Shown piece by piece: positions 42,877 to 52,800 of a stretch of DNA of 64,000 nt; the stretch's first letter is position 1, and each line of letters opens with the position of its first letter. The position numbers and the translations under genes were made by a program. The DNA is taken from positions 62,064 through 126,063 of the IMG/VR virus record IMGVR_UViG_3300033146_000850; one strand, written 5' to 3'. The notes under the pieces were generated by a model. That model made no database searches and was not told the DNA's origin. It worked only from the letters and a program-made list of their open reading frames with translations. The stretch comes from a virus.

Positions 42877-43221
42877 ATGAGAATTACAAAAAAAATATTA
42901 ATGGAATCTCCTACTAATAATATTAGTAAAAAATATAAAAAAGGTGAATTTGAAACATATCATAGCACTTTGAAAGATATTGTTAATGAAATTGAAGATT
43001 ATGTTAAAAGAAATGGATATGAGTTAGATGTTAATGAGAATTCTTTCAAATATCTTAATGGTTATAGTGATATTGATATATTTGATGAGGGAACGACTCA
43101 AAAACTACATATGTCATTAATTAAAAATGGTAAAAGGATGAATAAAATGCTACACGTGTCAATTTATCATATGGGTTATAGTGGAGATAAACATTTAGAA
43201 TTAAATATATATATTAATTAA
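42877..43221 (+). CDS. hypothetical protein
   Basis: 114-aa ORF in operon. Confidence 0.6.
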   Translation: MRITKKILMESPTNNISKKYKKGEFETYHSTLKDIVNEIEDYVKRNGYELDVNENSFKYLNGYSDIDIFDEGTTQKLHMSLIKNGKRMNKMLHVSIYHMGYSGDKHLELNIYIN

Positions 43222-43222
43222 T

Positions 43223-43582
43223 ATGGGGCGTAATATGTCAACATTTAAAATATATAAATCAATGTTGTTAGAGGGTTCAGAGCAAAGATATGAAATAATA
43301 AAAGATGATTTTGTTATTTTTGTAAAAGAAAATACTAAAAATTCAAATGTTAGAATTTTTAAACGTAATGATGTTGATTTTAGATTTAATATATCGTTAA
43401 AATCAGATTTTGATATTATAGAAATTATCGAATTGGTCTGGAGATATAGGGAAGCTAATAGAGATATTCAAAAACTTGAAAATTTTGTTTCATACGACTT
43501 AGACCAGGATGAGATATTTGATATTAAAAATATGGATAAGAAATTGAAATCATTCAACATTCCAGATGCAATTATAGATTAA
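43223..43582 (+). CDS. hypothetical protein
   Basis: ORF; probable start at the second ATG (43235) after GGGG. Confidence 0.55.
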   Translation: MGRNMSTFKIYKSMLLEGSEQRYEIIKDDFVIFVKENTKNSNVRIFKRNDVDFRFNISLKSDFDIIEIIELVWRYREANRDIQKLENFVSYDLDQDEIFDIKNMDKKLKSFNIPDAIID

Positions 43583-43603
43583 CAAAAAAATAAAAAAAAT
43601 AAT

Positions 43604-43632
43604 TTGACTTTTGGTTACAAATATGATATATT
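43604..43632 (+). promoter_or_regulatory. sigma70-type early promoter for the ncRNA/tRNA operon
   Basis: TTGACT-17nt-TATATT with TG extension. Confidence 0.7.
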
Positions 43633-43715
43633 ATAAATGTTGGGTCGTTGAATTGATTAATATTTTATAGATATTGATATTGATATTGATTTGGAAAAGG
43701 GGAGAGTGATTAGTT

Positions 43716-43911
43716 GTTCGTTGATAATTGATTAATGATAGTTAAGTGGTATCTATGGTAGTTATTATTGTTTTATATTTATTCCTTTTAGTAGAACATA
43801 TAATTGCTACCATAGATATCATTTAAAAGTTGGCATAAATAGTTCCTTAATAAAAAACAAATAATTTATTACTATTCGCCAACATACTATCATTATCAAT
43901 TATTGATGAAT
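43716..43911 (+). ncRNA. putative structured ncRNA (three-helix junction)
   Basis: Outer stem 43716-43742/43886-43911; inner hairpins 43743-43825 and 43829-43883; about 9 G-U pairs that work only on the + strand. Confidence 0.65.
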
Positions 43912-43920
43912 ATATATTGT

Positions 43921-44007
43921 GGCTCTATGGTGGAATAGGTAGACACAAGGGACTTAAAATCCCTCGACTTTGATGTCATCCGAGTTCGATTCTCGGTGGA
44001 GCCACCA
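43921..44007 (+). tRNA. tRNA-Leu(UAA), CCA encoded
   Basis: ggctcta/tggagcc acceptor stem; aggga-cttaaaa-tccct anticodon arm; long variable arm; GTTCGA T-loop; ACCA end. Confidence 0.95.
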
Positions 44008-44030
44008 CGATTTTAATATGAGGTTTTATT

Positions 44031-45902
44031 ATGTGTCTAAACAAGTCTACATTGAGATTATTTCACGCTATACAATCGTATAGCAAAGATTATGAAGGTG
44101 ATTATCAATATAATCAATATATAACAAAGGGTTTATTTATAGACCCTAATATTGATGAATATGATGGTTTAATATCTGATATTGAGAATACTATTTTTCT
44201 TAATAGTGAAAAATTAAATAAAACTTTTTTTGAGTCTTGGAGTTATATTAAAAATACATCCAGTGAAGAATTAGCTATTCGTCAGATTATTCATTATATC
44301 ACAGCGTATAGTTTTAAATCATTTGATGATTACAATGAGGATATAATATATATACCTAAAAAACAGTTGAATATACCATTGTTACGTGATAATTTAGAGT
44401 TAATATATATAAAAGCATTAACTAAAGATGAAATTAGAAAAAATGTTGTTATGTTGGCTTCTAGTGTATCTTTGAGTGATTCTGTTATTAATGATTTATA
44501 CACTATAATAACTGAGAATAACTATGGAGTTGAAATCATTGATGAAATAAGTAATCACGAATTGAGTTCTAGATTATGTGACTTTTATAATATTGTTCCA
44601 TCTAATCCAACTGAATATTTGAGATTTTTAATATATAAAATTACTGGTGAAACATTATTAATAAAAAACAAACATCTATTTGATAGAATAGTTGAATCAA
44701 AGGTTAACGTGTCTGAATTATTAGACATATATGAGCCACCTAGTGATTTATCATCAATATTTCGTAGGTATAAACCTTTATTTTTAGCTATGAGACAAAT
44801 AGCTAGTGATAAAGGGTATTTTAATAGATTACGTAAGGATTCTGATAAAACCGCTACAACTATAACAACAAGTTATCTCAATAATGTTACTAATTTATTA
44901 CATAAGGGTGAAATATCTATTTCAAAGCTTAAAGATAGTTTAGAAAAAAATAACATTTTTAAAAAGATAAAATTAGCTAATAGTTTAAGATATAGATTAC
45001 ATTCTTCGGATACATCTAACATATTACATATTATTAGAAATGGTAAGGGTTGGGTTAGAGAATTTGATTGGGATAATGTTGATAGAGAACAAACCATAGA
45101 AATTTTGAATACTGTTGTTAATTCCATAGTTGATGATATAAAATTAAAGGTTAAAAATAAGAATATATATATTCCCAGAAATGTCAAATATGCAATTCCA
45201 TCATCTGAAAAACAATTTATTGGTAATTATCCATTAGGTACTAGAATTGGGTCAAATAGGAATACTATTTTTGGAATATATTGGGAAAATAATAGTAATG
45301 TTGTCGATTTAGATTTATCTTTAATTTCTAAAAGTGGTAAAGTTGGATGGGATGGAACAACGTCTGGTGATATTATGTTTTCAGGTGATATTGTTAATGC
45401 TGAGGATGGTGCAACAGAATCAATATACGTTAAGAAATTTATAGATGAGCCTAAGTTAATATTTGTCAATGATTATACATCAGTTGCATCAAAAAATAAT
45501 GTCGTTAACTCTAGAGTATTTTTAGGATTTGATTCTAACATAAAGAATTTACCGCTTGGATATACTTTAAATCCTAATAATGTAATTGCAACTGCTAATA
45601 TAGACATAACAACTAAAAGTAATGTTATAGGTATTATTGAACCTAAAATTGGTAATAAAGGTATATATTATTATTTTTATAAAACATCTGTTAATAATAA
45701 TATAACATCTGAATATGATGATTTATCATTTAAAGTTAGGGATAGTATTTTAAGACAATGTAAATCTATGATGTGGTTAAATGAATTATTAAAAAAATCA
45801 GGGGCAAATATACTTAGAGAAAGACCTGATGATGGGGTTGAATACGTGGATTTATCACCTATTAATTTAAAAAAAGATTCTATTTTAAAGTTGATTATTT
45901 GA
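44031..45902 (+). CDS. large helical protein with C-terminal TerD-like domain
   Basis: GIYWEN...VDLDLS...GWDG...FSGDIVNAEDGATESIY resembles the TerD fold motifs; N-terminal ~370 aa looks alpha-helical. Confidence 0.6.
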   Translation: MCLNKSTLRLFHAIQSYSKDYEGDYQYNQYITKGLFIDPNIDEYDGLISDIENTIFLNSEKLNKTFFESWSYIKNTSSEELAIRQIIHYITAYSFKSFDDYNEDIIYIPKKQLNIPLLRDNLELIYIKALTKDEIRKNVVMLASSVSLSDSVINDLYTIITENNYGVEIIDEISNHELSSRLCDFYNIVPSNPTEYLRFLIYKITGETLLIKNKHLFDRIVESKVNVSELLDIYEPPSDLSSIFRRYKPLFLAMRQIASDKGYFNRLRKDSDKTATTITTSYLNNVTNLLHKGEISISKLKDSLEKNNIFKKIKLANSLRYRLHSSDTSNILHIIRNGKGWVREFDWDNVDREQTIEILNTVVNSIVDDIKLKVKNKNIYIPRNVKYAIPSSEKQFIGNYPLGTRIGSNRNTIFGIYWENNSNVVDLDLSLISKSGKVGWDGTTSGDIMFSGDIVNAEDGATESIYVKKFIDEPKLIFVNDYTSVASKNNVVNSRVFLGFDSNIKNLPLGYTLNPNNVIATANIDITTKSNVIGIIEPKIGNKGIYYYFYKTSVNNNITSEYDDLSFKVRDSILRQCKSMMWLNELLKKSGANILRERPDDGVEYVDLSPINLKKDSILKLII

Positions 45903-45971
45903 TGTGGTTTTATGGTGGAGTTTTTAACTTATTGTTGAAAACTGTGGGTTCGATTCCCACCACCACATCCA
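45903..45971 (+). ncRNA. tRNA-like element lacking a D-arm (pseudo-tRNA or tRNA mimic)
   Basis: tgtggtt/caccaca acceptor stem + T + CCA; perfect T-arm gtggg-ttcgatt-cccac; 10-bp central hairpin. Confidence 0.6.
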
Positions 45972-45986
45972 TTTTTATGGTTGTAT

Positions 45987-46463
45987 ATGGAAATCATTAG
46001 AAAATATAAAAATATAGTTATTTATTTCGACACAGGGTCGTTCGATTCATTTTGTGTTTATATTGACAATGGAAAATCTATTCATCCACCTAAAGATGTT
46101 GAATATTTTCAAACAATTAAAGAATTAAGTAAAATATATGGTGGGAAAGTTATTTATGATGACTTTGTTGAAATTTATGATAAAACAACAACCGTTATAA
46201 ATAAAGATGTTTTGATAATGATTGATGATATTTCTAAAACTTATAGTAAACACGTTAAAATTATGAATATCATCCTTACTGTGTTATATGCTGGAATGAT
46301 AGCAGAAAATAGAAAAGAAAATGCTATTTTAAAAAAGAAAATAAAAAGGTTAGGTTTATATCAATTATTGATTGAAAATTGGGAACCTAATATTTGTGCC
46401 AATTTTAGTAAAAATAAAAAATGGTTCATATTAATGGATGAATGTAAAAAGAGGGGTTTTTAG
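45987..46463 (+). CDS. conserved-looking hypothetical protein
   Basis: FDTGSFDSFCVY...YAGMIAEN...KRLG...ANFSK. Confidence 0.6.
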   Translation: MEIIRKYKNIVIYFDTGSFDSFCVYIDNGKSIHPPKDVEYFQTIKELSKIYGGKVIYDDFVEIYDKTTTVINKDVLIMIDDISKTYSKHVKIMNIILTVLYAGMIAENRKENAILKKKIKRLGLYQLLIENWEPNICANFSKNKKWFILMDECKKRGF

Positions 46464-46808
46464 ATGGTTGATGAAAAATTAGAATTTAAACAATATGTTA
46501 AATCTGAAACATCTATTGATATGGATTTAAACGAATATGGTGTTTGGGGTATATATGGTATTGATAATGAGCGGATAGAAACGTTAGAAGGTGTTTTTGG
46601 TGATATTTTGGATTATGTATGTGATGACAATTATGATGGTTATATAGATTATGAAACCAAAGAGTTTGGTTCAATATTAAAAGAGGTGTCTCCTATAAAA
46701 ATAACAGGTGATACTTTACGTAAAAAAAAAGAATTGGAAGAAAAAAAGAAATATTTGGAGAACGAGATAGATAAGATAAATTCTATGCTTTGTGATTTAT
46801 TACAATAA
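46464..46808 (+). CDS. hypothetical protein
   Basis: Abuts upstream stop; GAGGGG RBS. Confidence 0.6.
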   Translation: MVDEKLEFKQYVKSETSIDMDLNEYGVWGIYGIDNERIETLEGVFGDILDYVCDDNYDGYIDYETKEFGSILKEVSPIKITGDTLRKKKELEEKKKYLENEIDKINSMLCDLLQ

Positions 46809-46822
46809 CAATGGAGGGTCAA

Positions 46823-46966
46823 ATGAAAGATATAGATAAGAATGAATTGTATAGGTTTTTACACTTAAAAATGAGTCCAATGTGTAGAACTTGTTGTTAC
46901 TATAAATATGGGATGGGGTTTATTTTAGAATCATATTTAGGGGGTAAAAATGATAAACAGAATTAG
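46823..46966 (+). CDS. small Cys-containing protein (47 aa)
   Basis: GGAGG RBS; MKDIDKNELYRFLHLKMSPMCRTCCYYKYG... Confidence 0.45.
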   Translation: MKDIDKNELYRFLHLKMSPMCRTCCYYKYGMGFILESYLGGKNDKQN

Positions 46967-47438
46967 GGCAGATTTAATATCTGCAAAAAAAGAAAAAAAC
47001 AAATTAGAGGTTAATTTATTAACAACTTTGTTGTCAGAAATAATGATGGTTGGTAAAAATGATGGTGATAGATTAACTACTGATATTGAATCTATTCGTG
47101 TTATTAAGAAATTTGTCAAGAATATAAAAGAAAATTTAAAAGAATATGATAAATTGATGGCTGATAAAATAGATGATAAATATATTGAAAGCTCAAAAAA
47201 TGCTAATGCTGAGATTACATTGTTGAGTAAATATATCCCATCCCAAATGTCTATTGACGAACTATCTGATAATATTTTGCTTATAATTGATGAGACAAAT
47301 ATTAATAATATGAGTGGAATGGGTGTCATAATGAAAAATTTAAAATCTAGATTTGACGGTAGATATGATGGAAAAATTGCTAGCAACTTGGTAAGGTCAA
47401 TGTTATCTAATACAAACAATAACTCACAAAAACATTAA
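46950..47438 (+). CDS. GatB/YqeY domain protein
   Basis: I..DL..AKK.K, EI.LL.KYIPSQ, MGVIMK.LK....GRYDGK. Confidence 0.85.
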   Translation: MINRIRADLISAKKEKNKLEVNLLTTLLSEIMMVGKNDGDRLTTDIESIRVIKKFVKNIKENLKEYDKLMADKIDDKYIESSKNANAEITLLSKYIPSQMSIDELSDNILLIIDETNINNMSGMGVIMKNLKSRFDGRYDGKIASNLVRSMLSNTNNNSQKH

Positions 47439-47475
47439 TATTATTTTAAAATTCCAATAAAAGTTAAATAAAAAT

Positions 47476-47504
47476 TTGACATATATCTATTTTTGTGATA
47501 CAAT
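47476..47504 (+). promoter_or_regulatory. sigma70-type early promoter
   Basis: TTGACA-17nt-TACAAT with TG extension. Confidence 0.7.
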
Positions 47505-47539
47505 ATATTATATTGTTTTTTTATGAAAAGGAGGATGAT

Positions 47540-48169
47540 ATGAAAAAGGATAGAATATATTGGTCAAAAATTGCAATAAAAGCATTGAGAATATCTTTAG
47601 ACCATCATCAGAATCAAGTCGATAAGTCTGGGATGACTTATTTCTGGCATCCATTAAGAGTGTCAAACTCATTAAAAGGATGGAAACTTCAAATAGTCGC
47701 TTTATTACACGATATATTAGAGGATGGTTATTACACAATTAAAGATTTTGAAAAATATGGATATTTATCAAAATCTGTAGTTAATGAGATAGGTGATGAA
47801 TATAGATATTGTTCTATTAAGTATATAGAACATTTGAATGATGCATTTGTTATTGAATTATTGAAATCAAATCTAACTATAGATTATGAATCAGCTAAAA
47901 AAATTAAAATAGATGTAAGATATCTTAATGAACATGGGATTAATGATGATGAGATAATAGATGCTATAATATCAATGTCTAAAAAAGTTGGGGAAGATTA
48001 TGATGATTATTTAAAACGTGTTCGAGATAATGATATTGCTAGAATTGTTAAATTAAGGGATATTGATGATAACACTTCAATTGAGAGAACATCATATTTA
48101 TCTGAGGATAAAGTTTTGAAAATGACAAAAAAATACAATAAAGCTGTTAGATTTTTAAGAGATATATAA
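47540..48169 (+). CDS. RelA/SpoT-type HD hydrolase (small alarmone hydrolase-like)
   Basis: H..QVDKSG..Y..HPLRV, ALLHDILED, VKLRDIDDN; AGGAGG RBS. Confidence 0.8.
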   Translation: MKKDRIYWSKIAIKALRISLDHHQNQVDKSGMTYFWHPLRVSNSLKGWKLQIVALLHDILEDGYYTIKDFEKYGYLSKSVVNEIGDEYRYCSIKYIEHLNDAFVIELLKSNLTIDYESAKKIKIDVRYLNEHGINDDEIIDAIISMSKKVGEDYDDYLKRVRDNDIARIVKLRDIDDNTSIERTSYLSEDKVLKMTKKYNKAVRFLRDI

Positions 48170-48222
48170 ATCGATATTTCAAAAAACATAAATATTTATA
48201 TAATTCTATAAAGGAGGATTCT

Positions 48223-48864
48223 ATGCAGTTTTTACATAAAAATTTTAATATATGGGTGAGACGTTCAAGATTTAGAATTGAATTATTTTTCAAATTAATA
48301 ACTGGATTGTCGAATTTATACCAAAAATTTGAGAGAATTTTTTTGAAATCATCTAATTCTAAAATTAAAACGTTGGAATTGGCTAAAATGGATTTCAATA
48401 TGCCTTATTGGGCTATGGATATTATGGAGACGTGGTATTGGTATTGTTTTCAAAGCGGTTTAAAATGTTATAATGAAGAACAATCAAATGTTAGTTTTAA
48501 TATTATGGGTGACCCTTCTCGTTTTTTATATCGGAAAATTGGGAATAGTTATGATTTTGCAAGATTGAGTTATGAATTTTTAGGTGATAATATATCTATA
48601 GGGTCTATTATTTATAAATTTCAAGGTATATTTACTATAATTTGGAATGATGGAAGTAGTCAATTCATTGCTATATGGCAAAATATAAATATTGAATCAG
48701 ATTATTTAATGGTTTTAAATGATAATCTGACTTTTGAGGGTGGTAATTTTTTATCTTATTGGGACAATATTCACGGTGGGATAGATTGGGTCGGAGAGTT
48801 TGATATTATTGATAATAATATCAAATTTAAATCTATTGATAAATATAATTCAAAAATTCATTGA
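48223..48864 (+). CDS. hypothetical protein
   Basis: AGGAGG RBS. Confidence 0.6.
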   Translation: MQFLHKNFNIWVRRSRFRIELFFKLITGLSNLYQKFERIFLKSSNSKIKTLELAKMDFNMPYWAMDIMETWYWYCFQSGLKCYNEEQSNVSFNIMGDPSRFLYRKIGNSYDFARLSYEFLGDNISIGSIIYKFQGIFTIIWNDGSSQFIAIWQNINIESDYLMVLNDNLTFEGGNFLSYWDNIHGGIDWVGEFDIIDNNIKFKSIDKYNSKIH

Positions 48865-48889
48865 CAAAAAAACAAAATAATGTTATATT
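48861..48889 (+). promoter_or_regulatory. sigma70-type early promoter
   Basis: TTGACA-17nt-TATATT with TG extension. Confidence 0.7.
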
Positions 48890-48914
48890 ATATCTGTAGT
48901 TTGATTAATTAATA

Positions 48915-49568
48915 TTGGGGTTATTTGTGATTTGTAAACTAAAAATATTAAATGGAAAACAAATTGGAGTTTCTTATATTGTTAATAAGAATCAAAAAAA
49001 CACAATTGGGAATAATAAACGTTCAACGATATATATAGATGATATTTCTATATCTAAGAATGCTGGGGTTATTTATAGTACTGAAAATAAGGTTGAAATA
49101 ATATTTAAAGGTAAAGAAGTTTTTAAGATTAATGATATTAATTGTGATTCAAATAAGATGTATAATTTACAACATAACGATATTGTTACAATAGGTAGTG
49201 TTAATATTGGAATTTCTTTTATTGATTCCTCTGGTAATTTTGTATTTAATAATAGTATAGATAAAATTAGGGATGAACGAAATAATATTGAGCGTAATGA
49301 TATCATTTGGAAATCTTTGGTTATATCTCTTATCATTTTAAGTATGTCGTTTGTTATGTGGGTTATTATTGATATAAATAAAAATATTATTGAAACTATG
49401 ACTTATGATGGAGGTATATTTAAATCATCAAATAATCAACGTTTAAAATGTATGAATTTTTTAGTAGATTCTTGTGATTTAATAATAAAAGACACAAAAG
49501 GTGTTAAATTTTATAAATGTAAATATGTAACTTATAAATGTGAGGTAATTGAAAATGAAGGTAAATAG
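48915..49568 (+). CDS. FHA-like domain membrane protein
   Basis: LKILNG...TIG...IDDISISK..A...IN...LQHND.VTIG, then one TM helix. Confidence 0.6.
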   Translation: MGLFVICKLKILNGKQIGVSYIVNKNQKNTIGNNKRSTIYIDDISISKNAGVIYSTENKVEIIFKGKEVFKINDINCDSNKMYNLQHNDIVTIGSVNIGISFIDSSGNFVFNNSIDKIRDERNNIERNDIIWKSLVISLIILSMSFVMWVIIDINKNIIETMTYDGGIFKSSNNQRLKCMNFLVDSCDLIIKDTKGVKFYKCKYVTYKCEVIENEGK

Positions 49569-50553
49569 TGTTCACGTGTTTTATCATAATGCTGACCCAG
49601 ATGGTCACGCTAGTGGTTTTTTACTAAAATGGGCTATTGATGAAGGTATATTGAATATCAATAGGAAGAGAAAAGATATAATATTACATTCTTTTAATTA
49701 TGGTTTTGATATTTCTTGGGAAAATATTAATAAAAATGATGTTGTGTTTTGGGCTGATGTTTCAGGTACAAAGGAAGAGATGAAATTAATGCACAATAAA
49801 GTTAATGGTAATATGTATTGGATTGACCATCATGATTCTATATTATCTGAACATTCTGATTTACATGAGCATTGTATGGGGTTGAGGGATTTTAAAAAAT
49901 CAGCTTGTCAAAACGTTTTACAATTTATAATGGATAATGGTAGGATTGATTCCTATCAAGATAAAATATTGAAGAATATTAAGCCGTTTATAGATGTTAT
50001 TGGTTATTATGATGCTTGGGATAAATCAGTTGTTCAATATAATGAAGACTTATGGAATAAGGAATATGCATCTGTTAAATTTGCGTTTGATGCTATACAA
50101 TCCAATCCAAATACAGATTTTGGGATTAGTTTTTGGGAAAATGTCATTGAATATGCTGAAAATGATGATATATCTGATTTAATATCTGATATGAGGTTAG
50201 ATGGTAATTACCTGTTAAAATATATCAATAATAGAAATATGCAATTATGTAAATCGTATGGTTTTTCTGCTGAATTTGAGGGATTGAACGTATTTGCTTT
50301 GAATCAAGGTATAGGTGGTAGTCACGTGTTTAATAGTATAAATACTGCTAAATATGATGCTGTTATGTGTTTTATAAAATCAGGAAAAAACAATTTATAT
50401 TCGGTATCATTATATAGCGATAAAGAAGATGTTAATTTGAATGCACAACTAAATCACATTGGGTTTAAGGGTCACGATAAAGCAGGTGGATTTAGATGTA
50501 AAGAGTTTAATATTTTAATGATTGATAACCATAAAAGAATAATAGTAAAATAA
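49549..50553 (+). CDS. DHH-family phosphoesterase
   Basis: YHNADPDG, WIDHH, GHDKAGGF. Confidence 0.88.
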   Translation: MKMKVNSVHVFYHNADPDGHASGFLLKWAIDEGILNINRKRKDIILHSFNYGFDISWENINKNDVVFWADVSGTKEEMKLMHNKVNGNMYWIDHHDSILSEHSDLHEHCMGLRDFKKSACQNVLQFIMDNGRIDSYQDKILKNIKPFIDVIGYYDAWDKSVVQYNEDLWNKEYASVKFAFDAIQSNPNTDFGISFWENVIEYAENDDISDLISDMRLDGNYLLKYINNRNMQLCKSYGFSAEFEGLNVFALNQGIGGSHVFNSINTAKYDAVMCFIKSGKNNLYSVSLYSDKEDVNLNAQLNHIGFKGHDKAGGFRCKEFNILMIDNHKRIIVK

Positions 50554-50616
50554 TTAATAAATTAAAAAACTAAATATTTTACGATTATTAATGATTACAA
50601 TTATAAAGGTATTTTT

Positions 50617-52089
50617 ATGAGTATATTTGATAAAAATAATATGATGTCGATTATGGAAGGTTATTATAATGAGAATAATATCCCATTTCAACCAGCAGCA
50701 TTGACCGAAATACCATCTAAACCAAGGACTAGAATTACTATGCCTGAACGTGATAAAGAAGGTGATAGTGTTAATATGGTTGATGATATGGGTAAACAAG
50801 ATGAGGCATTTGATATTGAAAGCACAGAACCCAAAGAGGCTGTTAGTGATGTTGTGTTAATACAATCAATATTAGATAAAATAGTTACTCTATATGATGG
50901 AAACGATATTAAAGTATTATATCGAGCACAAACTGAAAAAGGTGTTTTATATGATGTTTATTTTCAGAATAACCATACCATTTTATATGTTCAACCTGAT
51001 AATGATAAGGTGTTTTTGATTAATAGAAGTATGGATGAAGACCATTTTGCTGATGTGTTAGAAGATATTCAAGAGATGGATGTTGATATCGCTGAAAGAC
51101 ATGTTGGTAAAGATTTAATTACAATTTCTAGAACTAGAATTGAGCCACCTATGCCTGAGCCAGCGTTATCTGATATAGATGATGTTGCTGATGATTTAGA
51201 TGAATTAGATGTCGGTGAAATAGATGGTAAGGAGCCTGTAACAAATCCAGTGGATGATGATTTAGAAGATATTGATGCTGTAGATGATGAGGGTTCTGTA
51301 GATGATGAAATAGATGATGATGAATTATATTTAGATGATGACCCCCAAAAGGATGAATCTGATGATGAATCTGATGATGAATATATCGAAAAAGATTTCG
51401 ATGAGGCTTTAATACAAAATTATAAAATTATAAAGGAGGAGAGTATGTCTAAAACAGTAAAAGATATTATTAACGATTATGGTTATGAATTTATTTCAAC
51501 TAAAAATGAAGTGTTGTCATTATCGGAATATTTACACAATGAGGACTTGAAAAAGTTTGGTTCATTTTTTATAAGACTAAAAGATGATGATTATTACGAC
51601 ATTTATGGAATGGCTGGGACAAGGATAGATGAGAAAAATAAACTAATATCTGTTATGGAATCCGGTAAAATGGTATTTGATAAAGATATAGTTTCAAATC
51701 TAAATGAGGAATATGTGGTTGGTGAAGTCGTTAAGATTGATTTGAGAAATGTAGATGGTAAATATCTTAGAAATATCAATATTATAGCGAATAGAACACA
51801 AGGTAGAGCAATAGTTGAAAGTATAGGTGAAGATGTTATATATGTAGCAGAGAATACTTCACAAGCTAAAATTAAAGGCGGTGTTCCAATTAATTTGGAT
51901 GCTGTTATTAAAATTGAGAATATAGTTACTGCATCAACAATATATGAAGATTCAGATATCAATATAGATTATGATGAAATGGTGAATGAAAAAAAACAGT
52001 ATAATTTAAATATAAAAAAAGAAGAAGAGAAAAAATTATCAAATATTATTCCTGAATCAATTATGGATTTGAGTTTTTTTAAAAAATAA
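50617..52089 (+). CDS. acidic hypothetical protein (probably late/head-associated)
   Basis: ACTAAATA upstream; many I/L-x-E sites. Confidence 0.55.
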   Translation: MSIFDKNNMMSIMEGYYNENNIPFQPAALTEIPSKPRTRITMPERDKEGDSVNMVDDMGKQDEAFDIESTEPKEAVSDVVLIQSILDKIVTLYDGNDIKVLYRAQTEKGVLYDVYFQNNHTILYVQPDNDKVFLINRSMDEDHFADVLEDIQEMDVDIAERHVGKDLITISRTRIEPPMPEPALSDIDDVADDLDELDVGEIDGKEPVTNPVDDDLEDIDAVDDEGSVDDEIDDDELYLDDDPQKDESDDESDDEYIEKDFDEALIQNYKIIKEESMSKTVKDIINDYGYEFISTKNEVLSLSEYLHNEDLKKFGSFFIRLKDDDYYDIYGMAGTRIDEKNKLISVMESGKMVFDKDIVSNLNEEYVVGEVVKIDLRNVDGKYLRNINIIANRTQGRAIVESIGEDVIYVAENTSQAKIKGGVPINLDAVIKIENIVTASTIYEDSDINIDYDEMVNEKKQYNLNIKKEEEKKLSNIIPESIMDLSFFKK

Positions 52090-52090
52090 T

Positions 52091-52119
52091 TTGACAATTT
52101 AATGTTTTTATGATAATAT
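52091..52119 (+). promoter_or_regulatory. sigma70-type early promoter
   Basis: TTGACA-17nt-TAATAT with TG extension. Confidence 0.65.
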
Positions 52120-52140
52120 AAAATTGTTAATATTATCAAT

Positions 52141-52800
52141 ATGGGGATTTTATTGTTCAGAGTAAATATTTCATCAAGGGAACGGTTATATTTTAATTTC
52201 GCAAAACTTATAATATCTAGAATAAATGATTATGAAATATCTTTAGTTGGTGGAGCCAATCGAGAACTATTATTAAGATATTTTAATGGTTCAAGTAGTA
52301 TCATTCACGATTTAGATTTTACAGTTTTTAAAAATGATGGTTCAGGATTAACATCATCTGAATTTAAAGAATTTTCTAATAGATTTAAATATATGGATGA
52401 TGTAATTCTTGTTGATGATGGGTTGAAGTTTTTACATTTTTGTGTTATCGGTAAGAAAGGGACTAAATTTCATAATATAGAATTAGAATTTGGAACTCCT
52501 AGGAAAGAGGAATATTATGACACTAGAAAGCCAGATATATCAGTTGGTAACGTTAGTGATGATATTCAAAGAAGGGATTTTACAGTAAATTCTATTTACA
52601 CAATCATAAATAGATTAGAGGATGAATATGTGGTTTTGGAACAACATCCATTATTGGTTGATATTCAAAATGGTTTTATATCAGATGTTAAATATGGAGT
52701 ATTAAGAACCACATCTAATAACCCAATGGTTATTTTCAATGAAGACCCTTTGAGGATTCTAAGGGCTATTAGGTTTGGTTCTTTTTATAAGGAGGTTTAA
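52141..52800 (+). CDS. CCA-adding/poly(A) polymerase class II, head-neck half
   Basis: LVGGANRE, HDLDF, RKEEY, DIQRRDFTVN, EDPLRILRAIRF. Confidence 0.9.
   Translation: MGILLFRVNISSRERLYFNFAKLIISRINDYEISLVGGANRELLLRYFNGSSSIIHDLDFTVFKNDGSGLTSSEFKEFSNRFKYMDDVILVDDGLKFLHFCVIGKKGTKFHNIELEFGTPRKEEYYDTRKPDISVGNVSDDIQRRDFTVNSIYTIINRLEDEYVVLEQHPLLVDIQNGFISDVKYGVLRTTSNNPMVIFNEDPLRILRAIRFGSFYKEV

Noticed and set aside
43670-43692. GATATT microsatellite in the ncRNA leader
   Set aside because: Short simple repeat, plausible by slippage in AT-rich DNA
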